A stretch of DNA of 64,000 nucleotides from Laetmonice hystrix (Eukaryota), in the NCBI GenBank assembly GCA_965235115.1, contig OZ249436.1, positions 36,148,001 through 36,212,000 of the forward strand. The letters are read 5' to 3'. The first letter of the stretch is position 1; the number at the start of each line of letters is the position of its first letter. Position numbers and translations under genes: made by a program. Positions 37,601-50,546 of this stretch are shown piece after piece. The notes beneath the pieces were generated by a model. That model worked only from the letters and a program-made list of their open reading frames with translations, was not told where the DNA came from and ran no database searches.

Positions 37601-40600
37601 GCCTTTTGTTGATTTTATTTACATTTTAGCATTTCCTTGTTTTTTAATTTTCAGGGAGGTGTCAACACAAGTGTCAAATATGGTGGCATCTATGTTAAGT
37701 CACTGAAAGAAAACGGTGCTGCTGAGCAGGATGGTCGTATACATATAGGTAAGAAAGTAATATTAGTTTTCAGCGTTGCGTTCTGAATGAAAGAAACAAG
37801 TATTGCCGAAGTATTTTAAAATTTGTGTTTAGTATTTGCTGATGGTTCTAAATTGAAATGAATGCAGCTGACAAGGAAATGTTGATATTCAACAGGTGAC
37901 AGAGTTCTGGAGGTGGATGGGGTCAGCCTAGTAGGTGTCACACACAAACATGCCGTGGAGACTCTACGCCAGGCACCCCAGGTTTGTAAGCTGGTCATGG
38001 AGCGAGGGGTCCCACCAATGCCTCGCCTGAACAGCAGCACAGCGACGCCAAGTTTTGGCTCCGACTCGGGAATGTCACAAGCCGATAGGGCAAATTCTAC
38101 GGATCTGGAACACCAAGTTCCAAATATTCAGCCGTCCATTGTTATGAGGGGAATGGAGTATTATCCATTCATTACACAAGGTAGGTTGATATGTGGAGAA
38201 AATCTTTGCAGAATTTGAAGGGCATTCATTGTACCACAGCATACCTGTATTGATGTACACACTTGCACTGACACACAGAAACAATCACACTATGTATTTA
38301 TTTGTCCTAGATTTGTGTCATGCTACCTTTGATATTGCAGACGGTAATAGTAAATATATATGCTATAACAGTAAAAGAACCAGAAAGTGCCCAGATCCAC
38401 TGTGGTGATATCATGAATGTGCGTGTAGAATTTGGCAACATTACATGAGTTGTTGCTAAATCCAGCCTCAAGCGGCGTGCACTCTTCATCATCTAATTGG
38501 GCTGTAATGAAACTTGCCACCCAAAGGACATGATGTTTTCTTGTGGAAGCTACAACTCGAAAATTAAAATTTGAAAGTTAACGATAAAATGAATATGGTC
38601 TTATTCCAGTCTTAAATGAGCACCAGTATGTGTAATTTTGTCTAGAACATAGTTTCCACAACATGAACATGTTTTTATGTTTATTGTGGACAAGTTTCAT
38701 TTCTGTTTTATTTCTCATTTCAGCTTTCAAATTCACATTCAACAGGCTGTGAATTACATGTTGTTGTTTTTTCGGAATTTCCCCCTCTGAGATTCACCCA
38801 TGTAACATATGTTTCGATTTTCGAAGTTTGTATTACCCACTATCATACTCGCTACATTATTCATCAAGTTGAAGTAAATGATGCATGAATGGAGGAATGG
38901 CAGCTACAAGACATTTACATGGTATGAACACGTGTCAGTCTGTCAGGGGTGGGTATAACAGCAAATGTCGTGAATTACATTGTTAGATGCCTCATAATTT
39001 CTGAAAATTTATATTTTTTAACACATTCAGTTATCTGTTGGTGGCCTTTCTTGGACCTGATTTATCCTGTAATAGACAAACAAACGTTTGGGTCTATCAT
39101 TACATTATTGCCTAAGGGATATAATTTGAGCTCTCTCTGAGTTGATAACAATTAAACACACGGCACAGGTTGTAGAACACACCCCTGAGTTATTCAAAGG
39201 ACCAGTTCCTTTGTTTTTGCCTGCGAGTACCAGTAGTGCTGCATGGGATTGCCCTCTCCCAATGCATCATGGAATTTTAGGGATTCCAACAATGTATGAG
39301 ATGAAGGAATGAGTGTTGGAATGGGGGAATTTATTTGTGAGATATAATTCAAGTTGATAGGACGAAACAAGATTATGGCTGTTTAGTTCACACCAAGAAA
39401 TCTCCCAAGAACCTTCATGTAACAGTAGATCCTGAGTTCACAACTTTGTATAGGGAAACCAGAACTTATTTACAAAAAAAGATACTATTGCAAATGAAAA
39501 TGTAGTATCTTTATGCTGTGACAGGGCTCGATTTAACCGGTATAGCACTGCAAACTGCGATTCATTTTGGACCCCTTTGTGATGCAAGACAAAAATTGTC
39601 CTGCAATAAATGTGATACAATGATATTATACACGATACCCGTTTAATATGTCCTTGAATGTTCAAGAGACTGTGCTCAATCAGGCAGTAGTCAATAAAAT
39701 CAGCCAAAATTTAGCCTAAAATCAATTGCGGTGCGCTAATAAATATGTGCCTCAAATCTAAAAATTAAAATCTAAATTTCCCATGCATGTATAGCAAATG
39801 CTATGCAAATGCGATTTTGTATAGCAGAATTTTCTATGTATTACCGGGGGTAAGTACCCATTACATCATGCCCTGTGGGAGGACGTGATATCGGGTTCTT
39901 GTCCACAGGAACAAATGTTTGATACAAATGTTGATATGTTGTACGTAGCAGCAAGTTTTAATTGCAGTGGCTTGTTTATCCGTCTGAAAGACAAGTATGT
40001 TTGACAGCACTAATAAAACCAAGGCTTGGATTACCTGCAGGTGTCTACTGTGAATAATATGAATGTTAGATTGCTTCATGACATGTATCTTGCCCCCCTC
40101 CGCCCCCCCCCCCCCCCCCCCCCCCCCAACAACTCGGCAGACTAACCGTGTTTGGATACCTGATGGCGTAATGAAGTTTAACAATTTACAGTACACTTCA
40201 TTTGATTACATTCTGAAATGTTTAGTTAGAACCTATATAAAATTTCAGGTAAAATTAGTCTTAATGGGCCATCGTAGATTGGGTCGTTTGGATTCTGAAA
40301 CATGAAATGATCATGACCTGTTTGTTTTGATTTATAGAGAATGCATACATGGTCCATCTTACTAAAGATGGTCCCAGAGACTGTACAGGCCAGTCAGAAT
40401 GGGACTCAGAACAATCACAAACCTGTAAAGGTAAACTAAATGCAAGTAAAGGCCAATTGCTTTAGTGAGGACAGAGCCTTTGTACGGGGCTAGTGATTGT
40501 TTTGCTTCCCTCTAGGTGGCAGTGTTGTGGTCATGCGTGTTTTGTGGCGCCGTCTTTGCCCCTGTTACAGGAACACTCCTCTGCCAGGTCGATATGCAGG

Positions 40601-43600
40601 GTGATGCTCATGTCATCTGTTTTGTTTTTCATTCGTAAACGCCCTCTGCTCAATCTTCAACTTCTGTGGTGTAAAATAAGCAGAATTCAGCAGCATTTAA
40701 CCTACAGTACAGTGTAACTAAATACTTAATGGTTGTAGGGCGTTGTGATTTCTATAATTTCTAAAATTGAAATTAGGCAGACAGGAAATTGTTAATTTGA
40801 GGGCAAACACAACGTTGGACAAGAGGTTGTCTTTATGTGACTTTACTAATAGAATAGGATTAGTGTTTTTGCTTTGGTTATTGCTTCCTGCAGTTGACTG
40901 GATTGTGTCCTGGTCTTGAATGTATGAAACATTGCTGGCATGTGCAACCTGGCTGTCTAGTCAAGTGATGCATTGCGTCATCTGTGAGCTGAAATTATAC
41001 ATGATGGTTATCAGTTACACGAGAGCCTTGCATGAAGTCGTAGTCAGTTATCAGACATTTGGCTGATAAACTGACTTACAGTTACCTTTAACTGTGTTTG
41101 GTGCCAATTTATATAAACAGAACAGTGCTTTGCAAAGCTGCGTGGATAATAAAAGTTAACGGCTAGCTATCCAAAGGGTTCGTCTGAAGGGTCGCCCTTA
41201 TGATAATTCCTGGGCCTGTGCTGTTAAGTTACCAATACAACGCGATTGTGTTTTTGTTATGATTGGTAATATTATCTTTGTTATCATGTATGAATGAGAT
41301 TAATTGAACGATCTGATATTATCGGGTATATAGTATTTGTATAGCAATGAAAACAATATTGCTTGAATTTTAATTAATAAATGTAAGGTGAGACTAACAT
41401 GGAAGTACATGTAATGATGATGGATAGCAGTATAAAACAAAGACAGGCCGGTGAGACGTGAGTAGTCATCCGACAACAATAACAAAACACTGGTTTGAGA
41501 GGGTGACGATCTCTGTTTCAGATACACTTAGGATGATTCAGCTGACGAAGGACATCAGTGGGCTGGGATTCAGTGTTATAGGGGGTAGAAACGTCCACCC
41601 TGACCCCCTGCGCTGTGTCACTCGGGTGAAGAAGGTCTTCCCCATTGGTGCTGCGGCCCAGAATGGTCAGCTGCAGGTCGGCGACGTCATTCTGGAGGTG
41701 AACGAGAAACCAACCAAAGGATTGTCATCTCATGTAAGTATACGCATTATAGACTTGGCCAGGCAGGGCTGGGAAGTAATTCTGTTGGAAAATTTGGACA
41801 GCTGAGATTAATGAAGTCTCATAAATCCAGGGATTATCATAAATTACCCATACATGCTATTTTAAAGCATTTTATTTATTTATTTACAGCTATTGTATTA
41901 AGAATAATTTACTTACGTGGAATTTTAAAAACTTTCTCGGCAGAGCCTTGATAATGGAGTAAAGCTCTGACGTAGCAGTGATGATGCAGCAGTACGGTAT
42001 ATAGAATATGTTTACCTCTGATTACAGGACACTGTGAACTTATTACGTACTGCACCACCTGAGGTCAGCTTACTCATATGCCGACCACTGGAGGGCACGC
42101 TGCCACCAATATCACAGTTGGTAAGATGAAAAGCCATTTTGAATATTGTATATTGCCTAACTTTCTCAAATCTCAATGAGGGTTAACTGCTTCAGCTAAT
42201 TGCCTAGTTTAATAAAATTTACTGTATTTAAGGTGTGCCCAAATAAGGGAAATAAAAAATAATTGTTTTATATGTTCATCTCATTGCAGTTGAATGAAAT
42301 AGACTCATCTCATGACTCATCTTTACGTGAGACTCCGATGTCTCAAATCACTAGTCCACCAATAACCCCCGGTATCGGAGAAAGGGGTAGGAATCCAGAT
42401 GGTGCTTCCCCCTCAGATACACCCCGTACCCCACCAGTCCAAAATAAAACCCCTACACCCCTTCGGGATTCAATAACAAAGACACACCATCACGATCCTA
42501 ACCAGCCAAGTGCCTTAGTTGATAGAGTAACTCCATCAGTAGACCACTGCACTGAACCCGAGTATAGTGATGACGAGGAGTCAAACATTGGCGACTCGGC
42601 ATCAGTCATCAGACTTCAGCCAACCCGTCATGCTCAAAGTGACAGCAGAGATCATAATGGCAGCCAAGAAGAGTTGAACTGTTCACTGGACAGTACAACT
42701 GGAACCGGGTGTAACAGACAGGAACAGCTGTCTAAGGTGAGGCAGGCTCCTTCAGAGGGCACAGACAGTGATAAAGTAGTAGACGTACGGTTAGACAAGT
42801 CACCGTCAGAAAACAGACATCCCAGCAATCACTACATGGCCCCGCAGGATGAACTCTGTGTAAATGGTGACACAGAGGAGGGCTCTGAGGAGGAAGAGGA
42901 GGAGGAGGAGGGACAAGGTGAAGATGACCGTGAAGAGGTTGTGGTGGAACTGGAGGAAGAGGAGGAAGAGGAGAATCTGAAACCTGGGGTGAGATATGAT
43001 TTATGATTACTTTAGATATTGCATTTAAATTCATTCGGCCAATGAAACATTTGATTTCATGTACCTGATAAAGATGTAATGCCCACTGGAGCATGAAACC
43101 CTACCAGATTCATTAACCAGTAATAACAACACCATTATATTCCAACTGCAGGAGTTTGATAACAACACCATTATATTCTGACTGCAGGAGTTTGATAACA
43201 CCATTATATTCCGACTGCAGGAGTTTGATAACAACACCATTATATTCCGACTGCAGGAGTTTGATAACAACACCATTATATTCCGACTGCAGGAGTTTGA
43301 TAACAACGCCATTATATTCCAACTGCAGGAGTTTGATAACAACACCATTATATTCCAACTGCAGGAGTTTGATAACAACACCATTATATTCCAACTGCAG
43401 GAGTTTGATAACAATACCATTATATTCCAACTGCAGGAGTTTGATAACAACGCCATTATATTCCAACTGCAGGAGTTTGATAACAACGCCATTATATTCC
43501 AACTGCAGGAGTTTGATAACAATACCATTATATTCCAACTGCAGGAGTTTGATAACAATACCATTATATTCCAACTGCAGGAGTTTGATAACAACGCCAT

Positions 43601-46600
43601 TATATTCCAACTGCAGGAGTTTGATAACAACACCATTATATTCCAACTGCAGGAGTTTGATAACAACACCATTATATTCCAACTGCAGGAGTTTGATAAC
43701 AATACCATTATATTCCAACTGCAGGAGTTTGATAACAACGCCATTATATTCCAACTGCAGGAGTTTGATAACAATACCATTATATTCCAATTGCAGGAGT
43801 TTGATAACAACACCATTATATTCCGACTGCAGGAGTTTGATAATTAACAACACCATTATATTCCAACTGCAGAAGTTTGATAACAACACCATTATATTCC
43901 GACTGCAGGAGTTTGATAATAAACAACACCATTATATTCCGACTGCAGAAGTTTGATAACAATACCATTATATTCCAACTGCAGGAGTTTGATGTTACCA
44001 TGACAAAGGGTGATAAGGGACTGGGCTTCACAGTGGCCGGTGGTCAGAAGACTGGCTTCTTCTACGTGAAGAGTATCCTGTATAACCCTGCCCTGTCTGA
44101 CGGCCGCATCCAGGAAGGTGACAGACTCATCCAGGTACCTGTTGAAATGTTGGTCTGGTAATAAATAGAAAAGGTGAAAATAATTATAATATGGAATTAT
44201 AAGTTGTAATATATGATTTTATGGAGTTAAGAAGATTTTCCATTGGGGGTTACATTATGAACCTCCAGGGTATGTGCCCCCAGATTAGAAGATTGAATTA
44301 TAATCTTATAAATTATAAGATTAAAGAAATAGAAAAGTGAACTCCAGATAGTGAATTATATATTAAGTGTGGCATTGTTTCCTGACTAGGTGGAAGAGCA
44401 GGACATGACAGATCTGAATCACAAGGAAGCTGTCAACTATCTTCGTCTGACTCCAAATACTGTCACCATCCGATTCTTCCGTCCAGTCCGGGTCGTCACT
44501 CCAACAGATGACCAAAACCACAAGACTGTCAAAAAGGTAATGTGCCCAGATTATAAGGGTTGCTTTTTAAAGCTCTCTTTTTTAATGTCTCAGAAAGTGC
44601 AAATCTGAAAATCATTGAGATTGCTAAGCCAGTGCCCTGGCCTACCGGTAATTGCAGTACAATATACTTCTTTTGATTACCGGTACATTCTCAAATATTT
44701 AGCAAGGGTGTGCCCAAGTCAGGCACCAACGAGCAGGCCCGCCTAGCACTGATTTTAGCTGCCCAGCACAAAACTAAAAGGGTTCAAGTGCTGCCGGGCA
44801 GGAAAATTTATAAGGCCCATCATCTGATAAATATGTGTACTTAATAACTTTTCATACCTTCTCTTGTTTATTCCATCATAAGACGCTAACCACTACGGGG
44901 GTAGGAAGATTTTATAAATTTCCCAACTCCAATTTCTTCATGAAAAATACTACTGCCGGCACTAAATTTTTCCTGGGCACATCCCTGATCTAGTTATGAC
45001 TTTAAAAAAATTTTCAGGTAAAATTTGCCCAAAACAACACAAGCCAAATGCCAAAGGTAACTCTTCAGGAAGCCAGAAAGGTACATTACTTAGAATGCAA
45101 ACTAGGCACCACAGGTCACTGCATGGAAATCTTTGAGAACTTGCCTCACAAAAACTATTTTTCTGATGCCGTCTATGTACACTTAGTCTCTTAGCTATGT
45201 TCACTGACCTGACCTTCATCTCTCAGTTTCTCATATGTAAACAGAGATGCAAAGGGATTGGTTATATAAATTCCGGAGTCGCTTGTCCTGTTGAAAGAGG
45301 ACTTTTTTCTTGTTATCTCAGATTCTACTGAATCCAGGATTCTCAGAATCATAGTGGCTAACCTTCCTCTTGATGAAAGGTGAATGTTATTGATGTTTTA
45401 GGTGTATTTTGGCTTTTGTTGATGTTTCATGAACAATAAACCAGGACCAAGGTTGTGAATATGCTCAGTTTGATGAAGAAATGATTGTGACGGAATGTCT
45501 GGCCCGATCAAGGTCCAGGGCCTGCAGCAGGACTTTCGAAAATAGCAGTTAGCTGTACATTCGGCTAGTAGGAATTAATCTAAAGCTAGGGAATGTGGTG
45601 TTATGAATCGTGCCCTTACTTCCAGACATGTGGTCATGTTTTTTCTAAAATAAAAGTAGGGAAAAAAACTGACCCTGAGATTTCATTGTTTGAACAGAAC
45701 AATAGTTCAGAACCTGAAGGCAGTGATTGCCCCCCTGCCGACCCCCCAGCAACAGCGCCGCCTGGTGGACAGGATGGGGGCAACTACCGATCTGTACGTA
45801 ACATGGTGCAAACACTGGAGGAGAGTCAGAAACTTATCCGACCTCACACGTACGGGCGCCGCCTGGAGGATAGCGAGGATGAGGACGATCTGGAGGTACT
45901 GGAGGAGAGGCACAGGAGCGGGATGCTGACCCCAACACATGACCTGGAAGTCCCCACTGTCGTCACCACTCCAGAGAAACCCCACAGAGGGCCAGAGAAC
46001 GGCAGTGAAGGTCGGATATCACAGGCCTCCTCCTGGGGGAACCTGACCCTTCCGATGCCAGAGGATGAGCACAACGAGGAGGTGAGACAGATTACTGGAG
46101 CACCTGCTACCCCGGTCCCACAGGAGGTGAGTCTGCTCAGTGAACGTATCACAGACAGACTACAGTGCAGTGATAGTAAGATCTCGTAACAAGTGTACAG
46201 TCAAGAATTATTTTAATCTGCCTTTCTTTGAATGAACATCTTCTGCTCTGAAAGTTTAAATGCTCATATTAGGAAGGTGGAGTAGAGGCAAGACACAATT
46301 AATGCCTTCATTAGATGATTCCTTCTGTATAATAGACTTTGAGAGTTAGAGTTACCAGGATGTCAAAAAAAACCATGTCTACAAAGTTTGATTTGTTAGC
46401 CAATTGGTTGGTATTGTTTTATTTTGCAGGCTGGAATAGTAAGAGTGAACCTACATAAAAAACCCAATGAGAGCTATGGTTTTAGTCTCATCCAGGGAGA
46501 GAAAGGGTCGGCCTCTGCCCTTTACATTCGCTCGCTGACACCAGCAGGTGCTGCTGCCGATAAAACCCAAATCCGGGTCGGCGACCGACTTCTCCAGGTG

Positions 46601-49600
46601 AATGGGGAGTCTGTGATTGGGGTGCCACACAACAAGGCAGTCGCTCTCATCAAGAAATCAACAGAGCATCTGACCATCACTCTGTCCAGGTAAGGACGTT
46701 AACCATGCAAGTGTAAAGAAATAAAAGATTTCTTTGTATAGGGGAAAACATTATGGCCTCCAATGAGTAAACTCTTTGGCTTAACTCAAGAACTTTGATC
46801 CAGTTGCTGACTTTAATTATAAGTACTTGCATCATCTAATGTCAAGATGACACTGTTCCCGGTCACTTTCAGACCCCCCTCAAGATCTGGATCACGCATG
46901 TCTCGAGGCTCGGTGGTGACACCTACTGGATCTCCGCCTACAGTTCCCGAAACTGACTCGTGGTCACGAACAGTCTCCAGAGCTGACACTGAGAGTGACT
47001 TCGACTCGGCTGCTCTGGATGACGATGGTCATGTGGTGCTCTCCAGTAACCATCGTCACCCAGGAGAAACGTGGAGTGGCCACACGACCCCGACAGGCCG
47101 GCTTGATGATGAAGACGATGATCCGGATACGTTTGATTCAGTGGAGTATAAGGAAGGATACCAAGGGTTCAATGGTCCAACAACGCCAACACGGACACGG
47201 GGGTCCGGGGCTGAGTCGGAGGATGATTCTGATGGAGACGATCACCATGGCAACAGGCATCACAAACCACCACACAAACCACCACGTGAGTCTGTTAAAA
47301 CAATTGATCATCTAAACTTCCAGTCGTAATCCTTACATTTGATCTCTTTACTAGGGACCCATTTTGGTAAATTTATCTGTACCTCTTCGGTATCTTCACC
47401 TTGTATTAAAACGGGACCATTTTAAAATCACTTTTTATTCAAATCGGTTGGCCTGAATTGTTCTGGTCTGGGGACATCGCCAGACAGTTGTTCATTCCCC
47501 AGACCAGACTTGTCAACACACTCACAAAGTACCAGGGGTAAGCTAAGGAAACAATTCACCATTCAGGTAGTGTCCCAGCAGAGCCCAGTGAGCTTCCTGC
47601 TATTACTAATTAGAGAGATTTTAGGAGATGGAATGGATCAGATGACTCTATTGTTACAGGCCGTGACCTGTCCCGGGTACCAGCTGAACTCAGTGACTCG
47701 TGGTTGGATACCCAACCCCTGGTGATCGTGCCTCAAGAGTCGGTGCACTACACCGGGCGTCAACTGTCAGCCTCCCTCAAACTGCTCACTGCCAGGTTGG
47801 AGCAGGACGACCCAGTGGAGGAATACAAGGTACGACCAACCAACCCGGTCAACATAGCTTATGTGTTGATTGATATATTTATTCCGAGCTTTTCCTCTTG
47901 TATGAGAAATTGTGCATAAAAATGTTACACTGGCATTGTGTACAGGTCTAATTTAGTATGTTTTTCTTTCAGTTTTTTGGATATTTTTGCTTGACAGTGA
48001 GGGTCTCAATGTAATGTCTTCTTTTAACAGACTTTACGTCATGCCAAGTTGACAGATAATTGTAATGATGCCCGGCGGCCAGAAAATAAAACCAAGAACC
48101 GATACCGGAACGTCCTACCATGTAAGGAACTCTATCACTTACCCTTAGTATCAGACTTAATCGTATGGGCTTAATCTTAGGGAGGGTTTTAAAAATTAAA
48201 TATTTCAGCCATTTTAGTTTGTTTTCAAATTTAGCTTGATTTTAGCATAGTTTTTTTTATGATGAATGCTGGCATCATCAACTGACTGGAATGGTGTTTT
48301 GAAATTGGTCCAGACTTCTACAAACCCAGATTGATCCAGTGATTAGATTCAGGCAAACTTGAGTGCATGGAGTTTGTCCTTTGTACAGATGACTCCACCC
48401 GTGTCCATCTGAGTGGTGAGGAGAGTTATATCAATGCGTCCCACATACGGTACAGGGTGGGCAAGGACTGCCTACATTACATAGCCTGTCAGGGACCGCT
48501 ACCACACACTACGGAGGACTTCTGGAGGATGGTGTGGGAAACGAAAGCAGACACCATTGCCATGCTTACACTAGACGTGGAAGCTGGGAAGGTGAAATGT
48601 CATCGATACTGGCCAGATTCAACTCAGTCATCATTTACTGTCTGCGACAGGTTTGTGTTTTATTTTCACAGTTTAGCATTTGATAATTATTATGATAATT
48701 CTGGGAGGTTGTGGAAGGCCCAAGTTTTTTTGTACAGATCCAAAAATTAATCAAGATAGATAGTAATGTTTCGTTGCAGTTATGCAAAATGAAGCTCTGA
48801 CATCGAATCACTTAATTCAGTAGCAGATTGGTGAGTCATGACACCCCTGCCCCCGCGTTAATTTTTCATTTCCAAGATTTCCCCTTTGGACCGTCTCTCC
48901 TTTCCAAAATCCTGGACCCGCCCCTGTAAGTTTGGAGTGTCTAAATGAGACTGATTGTTCCGGTGAACAGGTTGGAGGTGAGTCTGGTAAAGGTGGAGAG
49001 ATTGGAGAACTTTGATATCCATTCCGTGAGGTTGGAGGACGTAGAGACTGGAGATAGCCAACTGGTGACACATGTCAACTTCACCACCTGGCCCGACCAT
49101 GGCAGCCCAGACACTGCCCTCCCACTGCTCCAGGTATCCGTCTCTTTTACCAACTTTGAATTCTGTAAAAGGGAATTATGGTGTTTGAACACTAAGGCTA
49201 AAGGGGGAAAGTATGTGTCATTGTACCTTGACATACATAGTGTTTGTTAACCGAAGGCTGTAAAACTCCTGAATGTCGTGTCCCATTTTGTTGCAGTACG
49301 TGAGGTTCCTTCACTTGGTTCACAACTCGGGGCCAATCGTTGTTCACTGTAGTGCAGGCATAGGCCGCACAGGGGCGCTCATCACAGTGGATATTGCACT
49401 GGCTCAGGTTGAGGCAGATCTCAAGTTTGATATCCAAAAGATTGTCGTGGATTTGCGGCGGCAAAGGCAAGGCATGATTCAAACTAAGGTAGGTATAGTA
49501 CAAATGAACTGTCTCTCTTTGGTCAGAGTTTTGGTCGATTTCTTGAGAACAGCTGTAGTTTTTAAAAATTACAAAGTTTAGCATTACCGCAACATTGATT

Positions 49601-49839
49601 AAGTTGAAAAAGGGACATAGGTGACCCTGTAGTTTCTTCTCAGTATTTACCAGTGAATCATACTTTTGAGAAAAAAGCGTTCAGTAAATAGGACCATGCT
49701 ACCGTTGTCCTGCATTCTTCAATCAACTCAAATTCATTGCTTGAACCTCAATTCCCTGTTTTTCTTTCAGGACCAGTATGTTTTTTGCTACAAAGCCGTC
49801 GTTGAAGCTCTGAGCAGTGTACTTTCGAAGTGTGGCTGA
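25640..49839 (+). CDS. PTPN13: Tyrosine-protein phosphatase non-receptor type 13 (KIND-FERM-5xPDZ-PTP), ~33 coding exons
   Basis: KIND start [27 protein letters not shown] (25640-25769; then 26579-26754, 27002-27067, 28355-28543). FERM exons 30656-33245 ([20 protein letters not shown]). PDZ1 ~35190; PDZ2 37441-38010 ([15 protein letters not shown]); PDZ3 41522-42120; PDZ4 43985-44490; PDZ5 46430-46689. PTP motifs [37 protein letters not shown]; stop at 49837-49839. Confidence 0.96.
35989..37219. mobile_element. PIF/Harbinger-like MITE (host of a nested element)
   Basis: ~27-bp TIR GGGCCCCGTCTTACTAAGCATCGTTA / TAACGATGTTTAGTAAGACGGGCCCC; internal TTAACTAG repeats. Confidence 0.75.
36111..37076. 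mobile_element. Kolobok-like MITE with TTAA TSD
   Basis: TTAA|GGGGAAGGAGCACCG ... CGGTCCTCCTTCCCC|TTAA. Confidence 0.8.
43122..43993 (+). repeat. Minisatellite, 36-bp unit x24, containing the PDZ4-exon splice acceptor
   Basis: Unit ATAACAACACCATTATATTCCAACTGCAG|GAGTTTG; 24 YTGCAG sites counted; the last (43984/43985) opens exon [15 protein letters not shown]. Confidence 0.95.
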
Positions 49840-50420
49840 TGTCATAATAACCACCAGGTGGCAGTTAACGACGTTAGCTAATTCTCCCCCAGGGGGCGCG
49901 CTTTGCGGAGCCGATACGTGTGCGTAATATTGACGGAGGAACTGTAAGGTTACACTCAAAGCCAACAAATCCCTCAGGGTTTTTATTACATCGACGCCAA
50001 CAGAACGGTTTTAGCGACTGCATTGTGCGAGACAGTGCAGAAATTAAACTAACACACCTCTTTTCTCTGACAAAAAAACAAAGGGTATAAGGTTTCATTG
50101 GTATAGACATTCATCAGCTGACCGGAATTAGAATGCAGTTGGGTAGCTCACATTGAGTTCTCACAAGCATAAAGAGTGTCGCAACGCCATTGGATAAAAA
50201 ATCATTTGTTAATTATGTTTGTATATCCCCTCAATCTCAGGTATTGCATGGGCCGTTCCCAGTAATGTCAGAAAGTAAACAAACTCCTCTGCCTCGTGTT
50301 ACGGCGAAGTTCTGAAATCGAAGTTTGCTGGCAGGTGGAACGTGAAAAAACAAATGGTTCATCGTTTGTGTGTGAACCATTATTAAATGAACAGGTTTAA
50401 CCAATGTTCTTTAATATCAG

Positions 50421-50546
50421 GGCCCACTTCACAAACAAAGTCAAGTCAATTTTAATTAACTTGAAATCCATTTTAACCAATCAGATTCAAGTATGATAGA
50501 CTTCAAGTCAATTAAAATTGACTTGACTTTGTTTGTGAACCGGGCC
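50421..50546. mobile_element. Hairpin MITE (Harbinger-like, CAG TSD) in the probable PTPN13 3' UTR
   Basis: ~48-bp near-perfect arms GGCCCACTTCACAAACAAAGTCAAGTCAATTTTAATT.. and its complement; CAG direct repeat on both sides; AATAAA candidates at ~51000 and ~51375. Confidence 0.8.

Noticed and set aside
43122..43993. CRISPR array, or the 259-266 aa repetitive ORFs as real proteins
   Set aside because: The 36-bp units are contiguous with no unique spacers, the context is eukaryotic with no cas genes, and the long ORFs are by-products of a 3n unit.
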